A stretch of DNA of 32,000 bases from Candidatus Altimarinota bacterium (GTDB lineage Bacteria; Patescibacteriota; Gracilibacteria; UBA1369): assembly GCA_041659405.1 (NCBI GenBank), contig JBAZYK010000008.1, forward strand, positions 1 to 32,000. Reading direction: 5' to 3'. Below are positions 26,581-32,000 of this stretch, in pieces. Each line of letters begins with the position of its first letter. The first letter of the stretch is position 1. Both the position numbers and the translations under genes were made by a program. Under the pieces are notes generated by a model. That model was not told where the DNA came from and did not search any database. It saw nothing but the letters and a program-made list of their open reading frames with translations.

Positions 26581-27690
26581 TTATCTAGTCGTCGGCTGTG
26601 GAGCTTTGCTAACCACCTTAAATTCCTTCAAAGATGAATGCTCTCTTTCAACCAAGTTGTTCACCCATTTCTGATTTTTTTCGTACCATTGAAAGGTCTT
26701 CTGAATGCCTTCATCAAAAGTAACCGAAGGCTGCCAGCCAAGTTCATGCTCGATTTTAGATGGATCCATGGCATAACGGCGGTCGTGCGCCCGGCGATCC
26801 TCCACAAAAGTAATCAAATCCGCGCTTTTACCCAAAAATTTCAAAACATGACTGGTGATCTCCAGATTGGTGTATTCATTATGACCGCCAATATTGTAAA
26901 CCTCACCATAGTTTTTGCTCTGTACGATAAGGTCGATAGCCGAACAGTGATCCTCAACATAAAGCCAATCGCGAACATTTAGTCCATCGCCATAAACCGG
27001 AAGTGGCTTATCCTGGCTGGCTAATCGGAAAAAGAAGGGGATTAGTTTTTCCGGAAATTGATAAGGACCATAATTATTGGAGCAGCGACTAATGGTAATC
27101 GGCATTTTGTAAGTCTCAAAATAAGACTGCACCAAAAGGTCCGCAGCAGCCTTGGAAGCCGCATAAGGACAATTTGGATTGATTGGAGTTTTCTCGGTAA
27201 AATAATCTTTTGAGCCGGTTCCAAGATCACCATAAACTTCATCCGTGGAAATTTGATGATAACGCTGCACCTTGTTTTCACGTGAAGCAAGCAGCAAATT
27301 GTGCGTTCCCAGAATGTTGGTTTGCACAAAAATATGCGGATCAATAATGCTGCGATCAACATGAGTTTCCGCCGCAAAATTCACAATAATATCAAATTTT
27401 TCAGTCGCAAAAAGCTGATTTATAAATTTTTGATCAGCAATATCGCCCTGAATAAAGCGGACAGCGGCATGGTCAAAATGCTGGATGGCTTGTTCTTGCG
27501 CTTTTCCGCCGTTTTCCGCCTTCCCGGGAAGGAATTCATCATCCAGTAAACTGGCAATATTATCCAGATTTCCGGCATAAGTCAGCTTATCCAAAACCAC
27601 AATTTCATCATTTGGATACTTCTTGGCACGAAAATGCACGTAATTGGAGCCAATAAACCCCGCTCCGCCAGTTATAAGAATTTTAGACAT
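26581..27690 (-). CDS. rfbB: dTDP-glucose 4,6-dehydratase (RmlB); start taken at MSKILITGGAGFIGSNYV
   Basis: 'ITGGAGFIGSNYV', 'NFAAETHVDRSI', 'ISTDEVYGDLG', 'YAASKAAADLLVQSY', 'YGPYQFPEKLIPFF', 'GDGLNVRDWLYVEDH'. Confidence 0.95.
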   Translation of the reverse strand: MSKILITGGAGFIGSNYVHFRAKKYPNDEIVVLDKLTYAGNLDNIASLLDDEFLPGKAENGGKAQEQAIQHFDHAAVRFIQGDIADQKFINQLFATEKFDIIVNFAAETHVDRSIIDPHIFVQTNILGTHNLLLASRENKVQRYHQISTDEVYGDLGTGSKDYFTEKTPINPNCPYAASKAAADLLVQSYFETYKMPITISRCSNNYGPYQFPEKLIPFFFRLASQDKPLPVYGDGLNVRDWLYVEDHCSAIDLIVQSKNYGEVYNIGGHNEYTNLEITSHVLKFLGKSADLITFVEDRRAHDRRYAMDPSKIEHELGWQPSVTFDEGIQKTFQWYEKNQKWVNNLVEREHSSLKEFKVVSKAPQPTTR

Positions 27691-27713
27691 AAATTTTTGA
27701 TTTGAATGGATTC

Positions 27714-27980
27714 TCATGAAAGCGATTTGTAAACAAATTTCCTGTGCCTAATGTAACAGATTTCGATTCTATACTTCTTGCCAAATACACGAAAAACAGC
27801 CCTATAATCGCCAATACGCATCCTGAAATAGTCCTTGAAACCAGATAGTTTCTCCAATCCGGCGACATCTGGAAAATTTTCCAATTCCCGGATTTTAACA
27901 AAAATTTTCTCTACAAAATGACTTTCGATTTTCCTTAAGTCCTTTTTGACAGACTGTTTAAAATCAATTTGAAATTTCAT
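27714..27980 (-). CDS. RelE/ParE-superfamily toxin
   Basis: 88 aa; 'KQSVKKDLRKIE...LSGFKDYFRMRIGDYRAVFRVFGKKYRIEICYIRHRKFVYK' matches the RelE-like fold pattern. Confidence 0.88.
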   Translation of the reverse strand: MKFQIDFKQSVKKDLRKIESHFVEKIFVKIRELENFPDVAGLEKLSGFKDYFRMRIGDYRAVFRVFGKKYRIEICYIRHRKFVYKSLS

Positions 27981-28153
27981 GATTTTTTTAAAAATTTACG
28001 TTTCATCTCTTCAAAAGAAACAGTTTTTTCGTTTTTGCGTTCGGCAATCACAGATAAATCATGCAAATCTTCGTTCATCTGCTGATACTGTTTTATCGAA
28101 ATAATAACCGCAACTTTTTGCCCTTTTGCATCAGTAATAAATTGATCTCCCAT
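27977..28153 (-). CDS. Cognate antitoxin, 58 aa (MGDQFITDAKGQKVAVIISIKQYQQMNEDLHDLSVIAERKNEKTVSFEEMKRKFLKKS); missing from the supplied ORF track
   Basis: Translated by hand from the minus strand. Stop TGA overlaps the toxin ATG (ATGA). Phd/YefM/RelB-like 'ITDAKGQKVAVIISIKQYQQM'. Confidence 0.85.
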   Translation of the reverse strand: MGDQFITDAKGQKVAVIISIKQYQQMNEDLHDLSVIAERKNEKTVSFEEMKRKFLKKS

Positions 28154-28177
28154 AATTTTGTGCGTTAAAGTAACCCA

Positions 28178-28186
28178 ATTATACCA
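28178..28186 (-). promoter_or_regulatory. Extended -10 (TGG TATAAT) upstream of the antitoxin-toxin pair
   Basis: Perfect TATAAT with upstream TG, about 24 nt from the antitoxin ATG. Confidence 0.55.
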
Positions 28187-28220
28187 ATCTATAACATTAT
28201 CCTAAACAGAAGCAGTTGAC

Positions 28221-28230
28221 GGGGGGGGGG
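28221..28230 (+). repeat. Homopolymeric G10 tract in the divergent intergenic region
   Basis: Direct reading: ttgac-gggggggggg-attatg. Confidence 0.9.
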
Positions 28231-28340
28231 ATTATGTTAACATGGATTGATTACAATAAATTTAACCAAAAAACCTCATGAAACAATAAAAAACCAAAAA
28301 TTACAAAAGCCATAAAACTTTATTTTTTTACTAAACAAAC

Positions 28341-29459
28341 ATGAAAAACCAAAAACTATACTTAACACTCGGAGCCGTCGGCGTGCTCCTGGTTGCAGTA
28401 GTCGCCGTCGTAGCCTTACAGGGAAAAGGTGGAAACCTTAGTGGATATTTGGGAAGAGTAACAAATAATAGTCCAATCAATCAAAGTCTTCCAGTAGTCC
28501 CAAACACCCCAGTCACCTCAACCACAGCTTCTACAAATGTGAATTTACGTTTAACGCCACCTCCAACTCCCACAGCTACGATAGACTCCGCGACCAAATT
28601 ACCAAAAATCGCACCACCGGATAAAACAGCTCCCACTGTTTCGATAGACTCTCCAACGGACGGACAAACTATTCACGGAAATTTTACAGTCATCGCTTAT
28701 GCAAATGATAATATAGGCGTAACAAAAGTAGAATTCCGTTCAGGTTTAGGGTATGTATTATTACCCGCCGGGACTCTAACAAAACCTGATCCACAAACTA
28801 ATGCTTATAAATATACATTAAACACTTCAGGCGTTCCCGATGGTCTAAACCTGCTTAGCGTTTGGGCATACGACGCTGCAGGTAATGTTGGCAAAAAGAC
28901 AATAAGCATTAAACTTGATAACACGGGGCCCGACTTAAGTATTAGTATTCCAGATATGCACTCATTAGCGGATACATGTGCTGCTATTGAATCCAAGGCT
29001 GGTAGCTCCTTTGATGGTAACTGTTCTGGTCTTCTGGGCAATGGTATAATGTATGAGAAGCTTGTTCCGCTGAGTTTCAATGTCAACGCCGATGCATCTG
29101 ATGCCTCTGGCATAAGCAAAGTTACTTTTAGCATAGATAATGATATAGATAACGCAAAATGGGGCGCTACAGTTGATCCTGCCCCTTTTACTTTTACTCA
29201 GCAAATAGCCCACCGTAACCTCGACGAGGACATAAATCATAATAATATGGATTCTCAAGTTGCTTATGATGTGCCGTTAGGTAACCACTTTTTATATGTT
29301 CAAGCGTGGGATAAAGCGGGCAATATGACAAACAAAACAGTAAAATTCTCCGTAGACAATATACATCTTGTGTATAATCCTGATTCAAATCAACCCCCTA
29401 AGTCCATTGTCTATGATGCTGTTATTCCATTTATTAGAAACATACAAATCACAAATTAG
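28341..29459 (+). CDS. Membrane-anchored surface protein with bacterial Ig-like repeats
   Basis: N-terminal TM anchor 'LTLGAVGVLLVAVVAVVAL'; Pro/Thr linker; Ig-like 'DKTAPTVSIDSPTDGQTIHGNFTVIAYANDNIGVTKVEF' and 'LLSVWAYDAAGNVGKKTISIKLDNTGPDLSI'. Confidence 0.85.
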   Translation: MKNQKLYLTLGAVGVLLVAVVAVVALQGKGGNLSGYLGRVTNNSPINQSLPVVPNTPVTSTTASTNVNLRLTPPPTPTATIDSATKLPKIAPPDKTAPTVSIDSPTDGQTIHGNFTVIAYANDNIGVTKVEFRSGLGYVLLPAGTLTKPDPQTNAYKYTLNTSGVPDGLNLLSVWAYDAAGNVGKKTISIKLDNTGPDLSISIPDMHSLADTCAAIESKAGSSFDGNCSGLLGNGIMYEKLVPLSFNVNADASDASGISKVTFSIDNDIDNAKWGATVDPAPFTFTQQIAHRNLDEDINHNNMDSQVAYDVPLGNHFLYVQAWDKAGNMTNKTVKFSVDNIHLVYNPDSNQPPKSIVYDAVIPFIRNIQITN

Positions 29460-29509
29460 TAAGTAATAAGTCCTAATCTATAATCATACAACCTGATAAT
29501 AGACACACT

Positions 29510-29549
29510 CCCCGGGATCTTGTGCATAAAACACCAGCCCGGGGTTTTT
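29510..29549 (+). terminator. Intrinsic terminator downstream of the Ig-like surface protein
   Basis: CCCCGGG...CCCGGGG followed by TTTTT. Confidence 0.75.
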
Positions 29550-29607
29550 GTTACATACAAAGTGGGCTAATATTAGACGAATGATGGACGAATAATTTTT
29601 GGCCTCG

Positions 29608-30006
29608 CTACGCTTCGGCCTGCTCCCCCAAAAACACCTCAAAATCGTAGATATATTTGTCCTTTTCGTAGTTCATGTTTGAGATCGCGCATAAAACAGC
29701 GCCGGGGGAAAATTTGCCGAATTCGCGCCAGCACATGCCTTCCATAACGATTGCATCTTCCGGACCTTTCATTTCAAACTCATGCCATTTTTCGCCATCG
29801 TGAATGCGAGCTGTCATTGTTCCTTCCATGGCAACATAAATTTTCTTTTCGCCGCGAACAGCGTGCCCACCACGATCCGCCAAAACCCCAGTCACATAAT
29901 AAACCCGCTTCACCGGCCAATCCACATAATCCTTCAACTCAACAGCACTCAAACTGCCCCGTGGATCCGCATGTGTAGGAATTTTAACCCTCTTAAACTT
30001 CTCCAT
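29608..30006 (-). CDS. WxcM/FdtA-like cupin (dTDP-sugar ketoisomerase family)
   Basis: 132 aa; 'DPRGSLSAVE...VKRVYYVTGVLADRGGHAVRGEKKIYVAMEGTMTARIHDG...MCWREFGKFSPGAVLCAISNMNYEKDKYIYDFEVFL'. Confidence 0.85.
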   Translation of the reverse strand: MEKFKRVKIPTHADPRGSLSAVELKDYVDWPVKRVYYVTGVLADRGGHAVRGEKKIYVAMEGTMTARIHDGEKWHEFEMKGPEDAIVMEGMCWREFGKFSPGAVLCAISNMNYEKDKYIYDFEVFLGEQAEA

Positions 30007-30013
30007 AAAATTG

Positions 30014-30019
30014 ATTATA
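30014..30019 (-). promoter_or_regulatory. -10 element (TATAAT) 7 nt upstream of the FdtA-like ATG, overlapping the infB stop codon
   Basis: Minus strand reads CGA ATT AGG ACG CTA TAA TCAATTTT ATG. Confidence 0.45.
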
Positions 30020-31991
30020 GCGTCCTAATTCGTTTTTCAATCTTATAAGCCTCAAGTTCATCTCCCTCCATCAACGGCATAAACCCTTCATAACGCATCC
30101 CGCATTCATTGCCGTCCGCGATTTCATGTACTGGCTTTTCCCCATGTCTAAGCGAAATAATCTGCCCTTCGCCAACCAGTAGATCCTTTCTGAATACACG
30201 TAATTTAACCTTATTTTCTATATAACCCTTAAGAACCTTACAACCAACAACCATATCTTTTTTGCCGGTCATAAACACCATTTTAACCTGAGCTCTTCCC
30301 AAAATATTTTCGATCATTTCAGGTTCCAAAAGACCCGTTAAAATCTTCTTAACATCATCGAGCAGTTTATAAATAATCGTATAGTTTAAAACTTCAACTC
30401 TTTCACGATCTGCCAATCTTTTAACATTCAGATTTGCCTCAACATGAAAACCCATCACGATTCCATTTGCAGCCGCAGCCATCAATACGTCCGATTCATT
30501 GATTGCCCCAACTCCGGAAAGAATAATTTTAACACCAACATCTTCATTTTTAATTTGAGCGAGCGACTGCTTTAAAGCTTCCAAAGAACCTTTTGTATCA
30601 GCCTTTAAAACCAGTTTCAATTGTTTGAGTTGTTTTGAACTGATCTGGGAAATAATTTCACCCACACCACGTTTTTCCAGCAAGGCCGCGTCCTTTAGAG
30701 TCTTAACGTTCAGAGCCTGAGATCGCGCCGCATGTTCATCTGCAGTAACCCGTAAAATATCGCCGGAAAAAGGCGTTTCTGCAAGGCCGGCAATTAAAAC
30801 AGGAGTTGAAGGAGGCGCAAACTTCATGCTTTTTCCAGCCGCATCTTTCATAACTTTAACGCGCCCATAAGTTGAACCGATAACCACATTGTCCATAACT
30901 TTCAAAGTTCCCGTATTGATAATTACGGTCGCAATCGGGCCCAAACTTTGGTCCAAATGCGCTTCAATTACAGTTCCAATAGCACCACGATTTGGATTTG
31001 CGCGGAGGTTTTCCATATCCGCCAAAAGCAAAACCATATCCAAAAGTTGTTGAATTCCTTCGCCTTTTAAAGCCGAAACCGGCACCATAATCGTTTTTCC
31101 ACCCCATTCTTCCGGAACCAGACCAAACTGACCAAGTTCACCTTTTACACGTTCAGGAGCCGCGCCCGGTTTATCAATTTTGTTTATTGCCACAATAATT
31201 GGCACTTCCGCGTCTTGAGCATGATGAATAGCTTCTTCGGTTTGTGGCTTAATGCCTTCATCCGCAGCTACAACCAAAATCGCAATATCTGTAACTTTAG
31301 CTCCACGCGCACGCATAGCCGTAAACGCCTCGTGACCGGGAGTGTCAAGAAATGTGATCTTGCGGCTATTTTTTACCACCTGATAAGCACCAATATGCTG
31401 CGTAATTCCACCGGATTCACCGGCAACCACATTGGTTTCACGAATTGCATCCAATAAAGTTGTCTTACCATGATCAACGTGCCCCATCACCACCACAATT
31501 GGCGGACGTTGCTGCAAATCAGCCGGATCATCTTCTTTTAACATGCCTTTAATATTTCCGGAAAACACATCTTCAGCGCTTGCTTCAGTGCGCTTCTTTT
31601 TAATTTTGATGCCAAGATCGTCTGAAATAATTTGAGCGGTATCGTAGTCAATTTGTTGGTTGATGTTAGCCAAAATTCCATTTTTCATCAATTCACCAAT
31701 AATTTTTGCCGCACCAAATCCGGTTTTTTCGGCAAATTCTTTTACGGAAATAACCTCGGCAATTTCAATTGTTCTATCCGACAAAGGTCGTAAAACTTGT
31801 GGTTCAAACTTTTTAGCAGGTTTTTTACCACCGGCGTCTTTTCCGGCCATCTGTTTTCTTTGGCTGCGGATAAGCTCACGATCAAGTTCCTGGGCAATTA
31901 ATTCATCATAAAGTTCAGCCTCTTCCAAAGGTTTTTCCGTTCCACCCAAAATCTCCTCGGTAATATCAACATGAGGGCCTTCTTCCTGCAC
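30015..31991 (-). CDS. infB: Translation initiation factor IF-2; frame remains open to the right edge, so the N-terminus is probably truncated
   Basis: '[41 protein letters not shown]', '[20 protein letters not shown]', '[17 protein letters not shown]'. The ORF start is GTG with an open in-frame codon run upstream. Confidence 0.95.
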   Translation of the reverse strand: MQEEGPHVDITEEILGGTEKPLEEAELYDELIAQELDRELIRSQRKQMAGKDAGGKKPAKKFEPQVLRPLSDRTIEIAEVISVKEFAEKTGFGAAKIIGELMKNGILANINQQIDYDTAQIISDDLGIKIKKKRTEASAEDVFSGNIKGMLKEDDPADLQQRPPIVVVMGHVDHGKTTLLDAIRETNVVAGESGGITQHIGAYQVVKNSRKITFLDTPGHEAFTAMRARGAKVTDIAILVVAADEGIKPQTEEAIHHAQDAEVPIIVAINKIDKPGAAPERVKGELGQFGLVPEEWGGKTIMVPVSALKGEGIQQLLDMVLLLADMENLRANPNRGAIGTVIEAHLDQSLGPIATVIINTGTLKVMDNVVIGSTYGRVKVMKDAAGKSMKFAPPSTPVLIAGLAETPFSGDILRVTADEHAARSQALNVKTLKDAALLEKRGVGEIISQISSKQLKQLKLVLKADTKGSLEALKQSLAQIKNEDVGVKIILSGVGAINESDVLMAAAANGIVMGFHVEANLNVKRLADRERVEVLNYTIIYKLLDDVKKILTGLLEPEMIENILGRAQVKMVFMTGKKDMVVGCKVLKGYIENKVKLRVFRKDLLVGEGQIISLRHGEKPVHEIADGNECGMRYEGFMPLMEGDELEAYKIEKRIRTL

Positions 31992-32000
31992 AGACTTAGC

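Overview
The 32 kb window looks like bacterial chromosome with moderately AT-rich coding and genetic code 11 (several ORFs end in TGA). The protein style suggests a CPR/Patescibacteria-type organism, possibly Peregrinibacteria-like; that is inference only. Layout: (1) 0.2-8.6 kb, minus strand: five consecutive uncharacterised genes, three of them very large, charged and coiled-coil/proline-rich (824, 672 and 951 aa). The first and last have a near-identical extended -10 promoter. (2) 8.7-14.9 kb, plus strand: a 909-aa protein with an 11-residue tandem repeat and a possible TPR-like C-terminus, two adjacent mosaic paralogues (possible Ig-like N-terminus, coiled coil, conserved C-terminal domain), and an HNH-nuclease-like protein. 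(3) 15.1-19.0 kb, plus strand: trigger factor, a small membrane protein, a winged-helix regulator, ribosomal protein L19 and RNase HII. (4) 19.1-20.2 kb, minus strand: CsaB-like pyruvyltransferase. (5) about 20.3-21.5 kb: a compositionally foreign, GC-rich island. It holds a structured leader with a boxA-like motif, a Thr/Asn/Gly-rich lipoprotein gene resembling myxobacterial proteins, and a cloverleaf-like inverted-repeat element just after its stop. It is followed by a roughly 138-nt element bounded by a perfect 22-bp inverted repeat. (6) 21.8-27.7 kb, minus strand: PfkB-family kinase, RmlA, RmlD, ProS and RmlB. (7) 27.7-28.2 kb: a RelE/ParE-like toxin and a 58-aa antitoxin that is absent from the ORF track. 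(8) 28.3-29.5 kb: an anchored Ig-like surface protein. (9) FdtA/WxcM-like cupin and IF-2 (cut by the right edge). No CRISPR array or rRNA gene was seen. One atypical tRNA-like fold is present. The best candidates for something undescribed are the 8.7-14.9 kb block, the two structured RNA/MITE-like elements at 21.39-21.76 kb, and the large-protein cluster at 0.2-8.6 kb.
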